A DNA stretch of 64,000 nt, taken from assembly GCA_028826165.1 (NCBI GenBank), contig JAPDFW010000102.1, positions 162,256-226,255 on the forward strand, given 5' to 3'. Below, in pieces: positions 25,734-38,892 of this stretch. The position numbers and the translations under genes are program-made. Source of the DNA: Anaeramoeba ignava BMAN (taxonomy: Eukaryota; Protista; Anaeramoebae). Under the pieces are notes generated by a model. The model was not told where the DNA came from and did no database searches. It was given only the letters and a program-made list of their open reading frames with translations. The first letter of the stretch is position 1, and each line of letters opens with the position of its first letter.

Positions 25734-28135
25734 TTAAAAGAAATTGAAAAGAATCAAAAGAAAAGCAAAGAATGATAAAGTAATTGTATGAGCTGATTCC
25801 CAAGTAATATTTTCAGCTAAAGCACCATATTGACTATCCAAAATTGGACCAACCCAACAAGTTCCATTTTTATAACTATCCCCAACTGAAACTCTTACTG
25901 GATTATATGAAGTTTCCCAGATATATAATCTGTCATCAAGTATTGCTTTGATAAAATACTTTTGTGCTCCTGCATAACTGTTCCAAGCAAGTGTAAATTT
26001 AGAACTTGATGGTGAAGATACAGTTAATCCTGTTACTGTTCCACTAAATTTTGTTAATCCATTGTTTGTTGTTGCTTCTACAAAATATGCATAATTTTCA
26101 ATTCCACAAAGATTTATTCCTCTTTCAAATCGGAACTATAATATAAATTAAATTCAATTCAAATTAATTATTTATATTTATTATTTATATTTATTATTTA
26201 AATTAATTATTAAAATTAATTATTTATATTTATTATTTAAATTTATTATTTGATATCAATTTACATAACCATTTTCACCCCAACTATATCCCCAAGAATT
26301 CTTAACTCTCCAAAAATCAGTAGTACCTTCAGTACCATAACCAGCAATAGTAACAGCATGATTAGCATAAATTGCGTTACTAGAGCAAGACATTGAAGTA
26401 GCAATTCCACTGTCATACCAAGAAAGAGAATCAGCATCAATAGCGACACCAACAGGACCATAAGTAGCAACAATTTGCATTAATGTATCAACACGTTCAT
26501 TTTCAGGAAGAGGAGTAAGATCAGTATTATTGATTTGACTTGTATAAACACCCTTTTCAGAATCACAATTTGTTTTTGATGTTCCTCCACATGTTCCATT
26601 TTGTGCTGTATATCCCCATAAATAATCTCCACATGATCCATTAGCTTTGATATATTCTAATCCAAGATTTGTAAATCCTCCATTACATCCTGAACATGAT
26701 GATACGCAACTAACTAATTCTTGTTGTGAAAGATCCATCAATATATCCTCGTTTAAGTTAAATGCACCTTCAGCAACTGCTATTGCACTTTATTTATTTT
26801 TTAAATTTGATATTATTATTGAATTTGATATTATTATTTAAATTGATATTATTATTTAATTTGATATTATTATTTAATTTGATATTATTTTTGGATTTGA
26901 TATTATTATTTAATTTGATATTATTATTTAATTTGATATTTTTGAATTTGATATTATTATTTAATTTGATATTTTTGGATTTGATATTATTATTTAATTT
27001 GATATTATTATTTAAATTTGATATTATTATTTAATTTGATATTTTTGAATTTGATATTATTATTTAATTTGATATTTTTGAATTTGATATTATTATTTAA
27101 TTTGATATTATTATTTAATTTGATATTATTATTTAATTTGATATTATTATTTAATTTGATATAATTTTTTAATTTGATATTATTTTTTAATTTGATATTA
27201 TTTTTTAATTTGATATTATTATTTAATTTGATATTATTATTTAATTTGATATTATTTAAATTTGATATTATTATTTAATTTGATATTATTATTTAATTTG
27301 ATATTATTTTTTAATTTGATATTATTTAATTTGATATTATTATTTAATTTGATATTATTATTTAATTTGATATTATTTTTAATTTGATATTTTTGAATTT
27401 GATATTATTATTTAATTTGATATTATTATTTAATTTGATATTATTTGTTTAAATTAAATTTTTACGAGAAAGCCTAATTGTTTTTTGTTTTATTTTTATA
27501 AAAAAATATTTTTTTGTTAATTATATATTTTGATTTTGTTTATTTAGTTTGATTGAATTAATTACCCAACAAGAACCACATGAACCTTGATCTTTTGCAC
27601 TAGTCATATTCTCTCTCAAATCGACATTAATTGGAAGAGCAGTTAATGGTTTTAATTTTGAGCGATCTAAAGGAGTAAATTCTGATTCAGGAGTTGGAAA
27701 TTTTGTTAAATAAGCATGAAATTCTTCATCTGTCCAATCTGTAAATTGATTTTCACCAGCTATTTTATTAAAATTAAATTAAATCAAAATTAAATCAAAA
27801 TTAAATCAAAATTAAATCAAAATTAAATTAAAATCCAAATCAAAATTAAATTAAAATTAAATTAAAATTAAATATAAAAATTTACCTTTCCAAGTTTGAG
27901 TTTCATCTTCATTATGTTTCTTAATTCTTTCTAAATTCTTAATATAAATATCTTTTCTTGCTTTATATTCTTTTGGTTCATAATTTTTTTCAAATTTATT
28001 CACGTAATTAGTAAATGGATTTTGACTGGGTTGAGTTTTTTTGGAGTTTTTGGATGACTCTTCTTGTTTAAGTGTAATTCTTTCAGAAAAGACAAAAGCT
28101 AAAATTAATAAAAAAGAAAGTAAATAAATTTTCAT
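25734..28135 (-). CDS. Cathepsin L-like protease-FN3-GPI, copy 3
   Basis: DQGSCGSCW/AFS/AIAVAEG with microexon 27466-27473; ANHAV; KNSWG; FN3-like last exon ending ESAHTITLSFLAFLLILFNFF*. Confidence 0.92.
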
Positions 28136-28317
28136 TTTATTTTCGAATTAAAAACGAAAAAATGAAAATTAAAAAACAAATTAAATGGTAAATTGTTCAA
28201 AAAATTTTTTTAATTAACAAAAAAAAACAAATTCTTTTTTTTGATCTTAATTACTTAAAAAATCATATTTATTAGTAATAAATATTTTTTTTGTTTTTTT
28301 AATTAATTATTTATCCA

Positions 28318-29612
28318 AAAAAGTGGAATGAATTTTTAATAACATTTAGAAACAAATTTCAAAACAAATTTAATAAATAAATTTAATAAATAATTTCAAT
28401 TAAAAAGTGGATTGAATTTTTAATAACATTTGGAAACAAATTTCAAAACAAATTTAATAAATAATTTCAATTAAAAAGTGGAATGAATTTTTAATAACAT
28501 TTAGAAACAAATTTCAAAACAAATTAATAAATAATTTCAATTAAAAAGTGGATTGAATTTTTAATAACATTTGGAAACAAATTTCAAAACAAATTTAATA
28601 AATAATTTCAATTAAAAAGTGGAATGAATTTTAATAACATTTAGAAACAAATTTAATAAATAAATTCAATTAAAAAGTGGAATGAATTTTAATAACATTT
28701 AGAAACAAATTTCAAAACAAATTTAATAAACAAATTTAATAAATAAATTTATAAATAAAAAGTGGATTGAATTTTTAATAACATTTAGAAAACAAATTTC
28801 AAAATAAATTTAATAAATAAATTTATAAATAATTTCAATTAAAAAGTGGAATGAATTTTTAATAACATTTAGAAACAAATTTAGAAACAAATTTAATAAA
28901 TAAATTCAATTAAAAAGTGGAATGAATTTTAAATAACATTTGGAAACAAATTTCAAAATAAATTTATAAATAATTTCAATAAAAAAGTGGAATGAATTTT
29001 TAATAACATTTGGAAACAAATTTAATAAATAAATTAATAAATAATTTCAATTAAAAAGTGGAATGAATTTTTAATAACATTTGGAAACAAATTTCAAAAC
29101 AAATTTAATAAATAATTTCAATAAAAAAGTGGAATGAATTTTTAATAACATTTGGAAACAAATTTAATAAATAAATTAATAAATAAATTCAATTAAAAAG
29201 TGGAATGAATTTTTAATAGCATTTAGAAACAAATTTCAAAACAAATTTAATAAATAAATTTAATAAATAAATTTAATAAATAAATTTAATAAATAAATTT
29301 ATAAATAAAAAGTGGATTGAATTTTTAATAACATTTAGAAAACAAATTTCAAAATAAATTTAATAAATAAATTCAATTAAAAAGTGGAATGAATTTTTAA
29401 TAACATTTCAAAACAAATTTATAAATAAATTTAATAAATAACTTTATAAATTAAAAAATGGATTGAATTTTTAATAACATTTAGAAACAAATTTCAAAAC
29501 AAATTTAATAAATAAATTTATAAATAAAAAGTGGAATGAATTTTAATAGCATTTAGAAACAAATTTCAAAACAAATTTAATAAATAATTTCAATTAAAAA
29601 GTGGAATGAATT
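28318..29612. repeat. Intergenic minisatellite, ~55-110-bp variable unit, ~20 copies
   Basis: Core AAAAGTGGA(A/T)TGAATTTT(T)AATAACATTT(A/G)GAAACAAATTT followed by a variable number of AATAAATAAATTT subunits. Confidence 0.9.
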
Positions 29613-29782
29613 TTTAATCAAATTTAAAATGAAAAAAATGAGAGAGAAAGTTCTTTAATTTTGTTTTTTTTTTGAGTTTTGCCTTCAAATCAAATTAAAG
29701 AAAAGAAAAGAAAAGAAAAGAGAAGAAAGAAAGAAAGAAATTTTGATCCACTTTTTTTGTTATTTTTTCTTTTTGTTGTTTT

Positions 29783-31785
29783 TTAAAAGAAATTGAAAAG
29801 AATCAAAAGAAGAGCAAAAAATGATAAACTAATTGTATGAGCTGAATCGAAAGTAATAGATACTCCTAAATTTCCATATTGACTATCCTTAATAGGACCA
29901 ACCCAACAAGTTGCAGTTATATAACGAAATTTAATACTTTTTGAAAAAGAAGTATTTGAAGTTTCCCATACATACAAATATTCCCCATTATAAAGTGATG
30001 CTTTCACAAAGTACTTATCAGCTCCTGGATAAGGATCCCAAGATATTTCAAAACTTTTACTAGAATTGCTTACTACTTTTAATCCTGTTACTGCTCCATT
30101 AAATTTTGTTAATCCAAAATTCATTACTGATTCAGCAAAGAATGCATAATTTTCAATTCCACAAACATTTAATCCTTTTACAAATCGGAACTATAATTAA
30201 ATTCAAATTAAATTAAATCCAAATTAAATTAAATCCAAATTAAATCAAAATCAAATCAAAATTAAAATAATTTAATTTAATTTACATAACCAGCTTCACC
30301 CCAATCAGTTCCCCAAGAATTTTTAATTTTCCAAAATGGAGTAGTACCTTCAATACCATAACCAACAATAGTAACAAATTGATTAGCATCAGAAGTATTA
30401 CTAGAGCACCAAGGAATATTCCAAAGGCCCCAACTATAGGTATCAAGAAGAGAAGCATCAATAAAACCACCAACAGGACCATAAGTAGAAACAATTTGCA
30501 TTAATACATCAACACGTTCATTTTCAGGAAGAGAAGTAAGATCAGTACTATTAATTTGATTCAGATAAACATACTTTTGAGATTCACAATCTGTTTTTTG
30601 AGTTCCTCCACATGTTCCATTAGATTCTTCATAAGGCCATAAATGATCTGCACATGCTCCAGATACTGAAAGATAACCTAATCCACCATATGTTGTGCCA
30701 CTATAACATCCAGAATCTGATCCATCACAACTGATAGCATCTTGTTGTGATAAATCTATCAATATATCTTCATGTATTGCGAATGCTCCTTCAGTTATTC
30801 CAATTGCTCTTTATTTTGAATTATTTTTATTTGAATTAATTTTATTTGAATTAAATTTGAATTAAATTTAAATGATTAATTTTATTTGGATCTATTTTTG
30901 ATTTTTTTGAATTTTACGAGAAAGCCTAATTGATTATTTATTTTTTAATAAAATGGAAAAAGATTTTTTTGTTAATTATATATTTTGATTTTGTTTATTT
31001 AGTTTGATTGAATTAATTACCCAAGAAGCACCACATGAACCTTGATTTTTTGCACTAGTCATATTACCTGAGCAATCAAATGAAGTTGGAATATCAGTTA
31101 ATGGTTGTAATTTTGAGCGATCTAAAGGAGTAAATTCTGATTCAGGAGTTGGAAATTTTGTTAAATAAGCATTAAATTCTTCATCTGTCCAATCTGTAAA
31201 TTGATTTTCACCAGCTATTTTATTAAAATTAAATTAAATCCAAATTTAATTAAAATTAAATCCAAATTAAATTAAATTAAATTAAATTAAATTAGATCCA
31301 AATTAAATTAAATCCAAATTAAATTAAAATTAAATTAAATCCAAATTAAATTAAAATTAAATTAAATCCAAATTAAATTAAAATTAAATTAAAATTAAAT
31401 TAAATCCAAAAAATTAAATTAAATCCAAATTAAATTAAATCCAAATTAAATTAAATCCAAATTTAATTAAATTAAATTAAATTAAATATTTTTAAATTAA
31501 ATTAAATCCAAATTAAAAAAAAGAATGATTAAAAATACCTTTCCAAGTGTTAAGAAAATAAAGATTGTGTGCCTTAATCTTTTTTCGATTCTTCATATAA
31601 ATCTCTTTTCTTGTTTCATATTCTTCTGGTTCATAAATTTTATTAAAATTTTGAGTATAAACTTCAAAAGGATGAGGAGTTGGTTTCTCTTCTTTTAATG
31701 AATTTGTTAATCCCTGTTTAAATGAAATCTTTTTTGAAAAAACAAAAGAAAAAATCAATAAAAAAGAAAGCAAATAAATTCTCAT
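29783..31785 (-). CDS. Cathepsin L-like homologue-FN3-GPI, copy 4, predicted catalytically inactive
   Basis: Reading frame and splice sites intact (microexon 30918-30925), but NQGSCGASW (Cys to Ser) and DANQFV (His to Gln). Confidence 0.9.
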
Positions 31786-31973
31786 TTTTTATCTTTAAAA
31801 GTAAAAAAAAGAAAAAATGATTAAAAAAAAATTTTTTTTTATTCTTTTTTTTTTATTTAAAAATTCAAAATAAACAAATTCAAACAAAATTATTCAAAAA
31901 AAAATTAAAATTAAAATTAAATTTTCAAAAGAAAACATCAAATAAAATTCAACAAAATTAACAATCAAATTGA

Positions 31974-34491
31974 TTAAATTTTCAAAAGAAAAAAATTATT
32001 ATCGTTGTTTTTCTGTTCATTTTTGCTCATTTTCTTTTCTTTCCTTATTTTTGATTCTAAACTTGCTTGTTCAATAAGATATTTCAAATATTGAATTTCT
32101 TGATTTTTATGATTATTTTCAAGTGAAAGTAAATAAAATTTTTTTAATTTAATCAATAAAATATTTTCACATTGAAATAAATTGCGTGAAAATCTTGCTT
32201 TTTCTTTTTGAACTTGATCTAATAAATTCATCATATTAAATTGTTTTTGTTTTATGATTTTTTCATAATTTCCAAAAAGTTTATTGATTAAAATTATAAG
32301 TTCAATTTCAAGTTTGAAATCCAATTTTTCTCGAATTAATTTTTTTGATTCATTTAATTTTTCCAATAATTTTGATTTTTTTTCAAATTCGATAAAATCG
32401 AAATAAAAAGGTTTTTTCTTTCGTGGAGATTTTTTGTTTTCTGTTCTAAATGATTGTGTTGGTTTTAAACTTGTAAGTAATTTTGGTATTTTAAAATTAA
32501 TTGCTGAAGGTTCTTTTATAAGTTGATCTTTTTTAGGATTTTTTGGTTCAATTTCTTTGAAGAAAAGAATAATAAAGAATATAAATTTTAAATATAAATT
32601 TTATAAATGAATTTTAAATATAAATTTAATAAATGAATTTTAAATATAAATTTAAATTTAATAAATGAATTTTAAATATAAATTTAATAAATGAATTTTA
32701 AATTTAATTTTAATTTTAATTTTAATTTTAATTTTAAATTTAATTTTAATTTTAATTTTAATTTTAATTTTAATTTTAATTTTAATTTTAAATTTAAATT
32801 TAATTTTAATTTTAATTTTATAAATGAATTTTAATATAAATTTTATAAATGAATTTTAATTTTAATTTTAATTTTAATTTTAATTTTAATTTTGAATTTT
32901 AATTTTAATTTTAATTTTAATTTTAATATAAATTTTATAAATGAATTTTAATTTTAAATTTAATTTTAATATAAATTTTAATTTTAAATTTAATATAAAT
33001 TTTATAAATGAATTTTAATAATCTACTTTTAATTGGTTCTGGTTCAGTAATTTCATAAAAAATATCTGTTGAACCATCTTCAACAGTTGAAAAATCACAA
33101 CTTTCTGTTATGATACTAATTGATGAAGATTTTGAATTTTTTGTTGATTTTGAAGTTGATTTTGGAAAAAGATGTTCAACACTTTGATCAGATTTTGGTT
33201 CAAAAGAAAGTTTGATAATTGGTCTATTTTCAAAATAATAAACACAAGCCTAAAAAAATATTTTGTTTTTATAAGAAATCTTTTCTGTTTGTTTGTTTTT
33301 TTATTTTTGAATTTTGAATTAAATACTGAAACTTCTGCCCAGAATTCTTCGTTTAGTTCATCTTTGAATAAAAGATGAAATTTTGAAATTCTTAATTCAG
33401 ATGTATGTTGAGCTTCTCTATTTTCATTAAAAAAGAATAATTTTATAATTAATTTTATAATTAATTTAATAAATAATTTAATAAATAATAATAAATAATT
33501 TTATATTTAATTTTATAAATAATTTTATAAATAATTTTATATTAAATTTTATAAATAATTTTATAAATAATTTTATATTAAATTTTATAAATAATTTAAT
33601 AAATAATTTTATAATTAATTTAATAAATAATTTAATAAATAATTTTATAAATAATTTAATATTTAATTTTATAATTAATTTTATAATTAATTTAATAAAT
33701 AATTTAATAAATAATTTTATAAATAATTTAATATTTAATTTTATAATTAATTTAATAAATAATTTAATAAATAATTTTATAAATAATTTTATAAATAATT
33801 TTATATATAATTTTATAAATAATTTTATAATTAATTTAATAAATAATTTAATAAATAATTTTATAAATAATTTTATAAATAATTTTATAAATAATTTTAT
33901 AAATAATTTTATAAATAATTTTATAAATAATTTTATAAATAATTTTATATATAATTTTATATATAATTTTATATATAATTTTATATATAATTTTATATAT
34001 AATTTTATATATAATTTTATAAATAATTTTATAAATAATTTAATAAATAATTTTATAAATAATTTAATAAATAATTTTATAAATAATTTAATAAATAATT
34101 TTATAAATAATTTAATAAATAATTTTATATTTAATTTAATATTTAATTTTATTAATAATTTTATAAATAATTTTATAAATAATTTAATATATAATTTTAT
34201 AAATCAAAAGAAGCAGAAAACGAACTCAATTAAAGAAGATAAACAAAGAGTAATTGCTCTTGAAGAAAGATTGCGCATATGAGGTTGAAAAGTAGGACAA
34301 AAATCAATCAAAGAACGTTGAGTTAAAGAGATTTGAGAACAACGAAACATATTTGCAGTTGATTTATTGGCTTTCATTATTTTTGTATCAATTCCTTCAA
34401 TAATCATTATTGGTTCTGCTGTACTTTCAATTGCTTTTGTTACCATTTTCATCATTTTTTTAGGTATTTTCTTTGTTGGAATTATTCCCAT
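31974..34491 (-). CDS. PAS-domain protein with C-terminal coiled coil, 4 exons
   Basis: PIMIIEG..IMKANKSTANMF..LIDFCPTFQPH (PAS core), then exon ~33328-33418 FHLLFKDELNEEFWAEVS (PAC-like), exon ~33027-33249, and a last exon from ~32554 in frame with ORF 31974..32366. Confidence 0.65.
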
Positions 34492-34990
34492 TTTAAAAAA
34501 TTAAAAAAATTAAAAAATAAAAAATAAAAAAAATGAAAAAAATGAAAATTAAAAAAAAGTGAAAAAAAAATTTTTTGTTTTGTTGTTTTTTTTTTAAAAT
34601 AAATTTAAAAGAGTCAAAACATTAAAATCACAAAAAAAAATAAAAAAACATTAAAAACAAAAAAAAACAAAAAAACAAATTGAAATGTCATTAAAATTCT
34701 TTCTAAAAACAAGATCAAAAAATTAAAAAAAAAAATTAAATTAATTTGATCTTTTAACCCCTTTTTAAAATGAAAAAAAAAAAAAAAAACAATTAATCTA
34801 AATAAATTAAGTAAGTTTTTTTTAACCCAATGAAAAATTAAAAAGTTTTTTATTTGCCAGAAAAGAATTTTTTTATTAAAATTAATCTATTAAACAAAAA
34901 TCCAAAAAACAAAAAAATTTTTTTTTTAATTAAATTTTTTTTTTCATTTTTTCATTTTTTTTTGTTTTTAATTTTTTATTTACTTTTTAA

Positions 34991-37900
34991 ATGGAAAAAA
35001 TACCAAAAAAAACAATAATAGATTGGATTTCTTCAAAAACACAAACAAAATTTACTTTTCAATTAAAAAATAAACCTTTTTGGCAAATAATTGCAAATTT
35101 AATTTGTGAAATTGATGAAGAAAGCAAAAAAAACAGAAAAAAGTTAATTTTAAAAGAATTTAATCACAAAAAAAAATTTCTCAAAAGATTTTTTTTAACG
35201 ATTCCAATATTGAATTTAATATTCAATTCAATTTAATATTCAATTCAATATTCAATTCAATATTCAATATTCAATATTCAATTCAATATTCAATTTAATT
35301 TAATATTCAATTCAATTTAATATTCAATTTAATTTAATATTCAATTCAATATTCAATTCAATATTCAATTCAATTCAATATTCAATTCAATTCAGTTTAA
35401 TTCAATATTCAATTCAATATTCAATATTCAATATTCAATATTCAATATTCAATTCAATATTTAATATTCAATTCAATTTAATATACAATTTAATTTAATT
35501 CAATATTCAATATTCAATATTCAATTCAATTCAATATTTAATATTTAATTCAATTCAATATTCAATATTCAATATTCAATATTCAATATTCAATTCAATA
35601 TTCAATTCAATATTCAATTCAATATTTAATTCAATATTCAATTCAATTCAATTCAATTCAATTCAATTCAATTCAATATTCAATTCAATATTCAATATTC
35701 AATATTCAATATTCAATATTCAATATTTAATATTCAAATCAATATTCAATATTCAAATCAATATTCAATATTTAATATAATATTCAATTCAATATTCAAT
35801 TCAATATTTAATATTCAATTCAATATTCAATTCAATTCAATTCAATATTCAATTCAATATTCAATTCAATTCAATTCAATATTCAATTCAATATTCAATT
35901 CAATATTCAATTCAATTCAATTCAATTCAATATTCAATTCAATATTCAATTCAATATTCAATATTTAATATTTAATTTAATTGAATTCAATATTTAATAT
36001 TCAATTTAATATTCAATTCAATATTCAATTTAATTCAATATTTAATTAAATTCAATATTCAATATTCAATATTTAATTAAATTCAATATTCAATATTCAA
36101 TATTTAATTAAATTCAATATTCAATATTTAATTCAATTCAATATTCAATTCAAAATTAAATTCAAAATTAAAATTTCTATTCAAATTTTCTTTGAATAGA
36201 GATACAAATAAGAATAACAAAAAATTAGTTTTCCAACTTTGTGAAAGAATTAATGCACCAAAAGAATTATTAAAATATAAACAAAAAACTGATCTTCTCC
36301 CATTATTTAGACTTCTTTATGATAAATTCTCAGGAGTTCCAAGAGCAAGAAAACCATTCAAGGTTCCAGTACAAATTTTAAACGAACATTTAAGAAAAAT
36401 TGATATTGGAAATATTGTATTAAAAGATCACAATTTAGCACTTACAACACTAGAATCAAGTTCAAAAGATCATGCTACAAAAATTGAAGTTTCAAGAAAT
36501 CCTTTAGATAAAAAAGTTTTAAAATTGATTATAAAAGAAGACAATTTTTTTGTATCTTTTAATGATGATTCAAGTCGAGATAATTTTCTTTCTGAATTAA
36601 AAGAAACAAAAGCATTATTTGAAAATAAAAATAAAGAGGAAAATGATAATAAAGAGAAAAATGATAATGAAAATGATTTAAAATTTGATAATGAAAATGA
36701 AAATGATAATGATAATGAAAATGATAATGAAAATGATAATGAAAATGATTTAAAATTTGAAAATGAAGAAGATGAAAATTTAAAAAGACAAAAAGAAGCT
36801 GAAAAAGAACTTCAAAGAAGACAAGAAGAAGAATTAAGAAGAAATCAAGAAGAAGAAGAAGAATTTCTCAAAAATCTTAAAAAACAAAAAGGAATGAAAT
36901 TACAAGAAGAAAAACAAAAAGGAATAAAATTACAAGAAGAAAAAGAAAAAGGAATGAAACTACAAGAAGAAAAAGAAAGAGAAATAAAATTACAAAAACA
37001 AAAACAAAGAGAAATTGAATTACAAAAAGAAAAAGAAATAGAATTAGAATTACAAAAACAAAAACAAAAACAAAAAGAATTTGAATTACAAAAACAAAAA
37101 CAAAGAGAAATAGAATTACAAAAAGAAAAACAAAAAGAAAGAGAAAAAGAATTACAAAAACAAACAAATTTTGAAGATGATTTTATTGATGATGATGATG
37201 ATGATGATGATTTCGAAGTTACAAAAATTGAAAATTTACAAAACAAAAAACAATTCAAAAATGATAAAACAATTTTCCCAGTAAAATTTAAAGTAGATCT
37301 TTTAGATAATCATTTAAATAATATTGGAGCTGCTATTCTTATTTTTGAAATTGAAGAATTTAAAGTTCAAACATTAAGAGATACAACAAGAAGTCATTAT
37401 ACAAACAGGTTACAAATATTTTTTGATCCAAAAAAAATTACAATTTTCAAAATCAATTTAAGAGATCATAAATATTTTGTCAAATTCCCAAATAGTAAAC
37501 AAGCAAAATTGTTCTTTTTAATTTACAATAAAGCAAGATCCGAATATCAAAATATATTGAGAAAAAAAGAAGATGATTTTTTCTTAAAATCAAATCAAGA
37601 AGAAACTTATCATTTTGGAAGAATTGATAAAATAAATGAAACTGAAGATGAATTTAAAAGAAAACTATTTGGAAATCAAAAACCTAAAATGGAAAATGAA
37701 TTTAAAACTGAAAATGAATTTAGAACTGAAAATGAATTTAAAACGGAAAATGAATTTAAAACTGAAAATGAATTTAGAACTGAAAATGAATTTAAAACTG
37801 AAAATGAATTTAAAACTGAAAATGAATTTAAAACTGAAAATGAATTTCAATCAGAAAAAGAATTTAGAACTGAAAATGAATTTAGAACTGAAAATGAATT

Positions 37901-38549
37901 TGAATCAGAAAAAGAATTTCAATCAGAAAAAGATTTTCAATCAGAAAAAGAATTTCAATCAGAAAAAGATTCATCTTCAACTAAATTTAAAATTCAAATT
38001 GTGGATAGACATTTAAAACCTATTTTTCAAGGAAAAATTGAATTTGAAAATGAATTAATTATTTTCGAAAGAGAAAATTCAAATAAGGAAATATTTCCAA
38101 TAGAAAATATAATGATTGGAGTTCATCCCAAACAAAAAACAATATTTAGTATAAAATTTCCTGGTTCAAAATCATTATTTTTTTCAACAAAAACAGAAGA
38201 AGAAGCAAAACTTCTTATGAATGAATATAATGAAAGAAAAGAATCAAAAAGAATGAAACAAAAATCATTTCAATCAAAAAAATTTAGTGTTGATTTAATT
38301 GATAAATCTTTTACAACTATTGATCATGCAACTATTTTTTTTCTTGAGAATCAATTCCAATTTAAATCAAATAATCAATCACTTATTTCTGGTTATGATC
38401 CTAAAAATTTACAAATTTTTGTTCATCCTCAATATTCAAATATTGCTCGTCTTATTTGTAATAATCAAAAATTTATGTTATCTTTTCAAAATCCTGATGA
38501 AAGAAGTGATTTTACTCAATATTTTGAATCTAAAATTGAGCAAATTTAA
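34991..38549 (+). CDS. Uncharacterised protein with possible N-terminal CH-like helical domain, coiled coil and about four PH-like repeats; 2 exons
   Basis: Exon 1 (34991-35142, IIDWIS..IIANLICEID) splices via GTTAAT..AATAG to 36200. Four ~90-aa units of pattern FKV-x-(L/I)-x-D..I-x-F..(H/N/D)P..I..F-x-x-F followed by an amphipathic helix. Fold calls are pattern inference. Confidence 0.6.
37690..37970 (+). repeat. Coding 18-bp tandem repeat (ENEF[K/R]T / SEK[E/D]FQ)
   Basis: GAAAATGAATTTA(A/G)AACT repeated in frame. Confidence 0.9.
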
Positions 38550-38892
38550 TTAATTTTCTTTTTTTTTTTTAATTTCCATTTTACTTTTAGTTTTAATTTT
38601 TTTATCAAATTTAATTAAAATTTAATTGAATTTCTTTTTAAATCTTTTATCAAATTTAATTAAAATTTAATTGAATTTCTTTTTAAATTTAATTGAATTT
38701 CTTTTTAAATTTCTTTTTTAAATTTCTTTTTAAATTTCTTATCAAATTTAATTAAATTTCTTTTTAAATTTCTTTTTAAATTTCTTTTTAAATTTCTTTT
38801 CAAATTTCTTTTTAAAATTTAATTGAATTTCTTTTTAAAATTCTTTTTAAAATTCTTTTTTAAATTCCTTTTTTAAATTTCTTTTTTAAAAA

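Noticed and set aside
28318-29612. CRISPR-like look (constant core with variable gaps)
   Set aside because: The gaps are permutations of the same AT subunits rather than unique spacers, there are no cas genes, and the context is eukaryotic.
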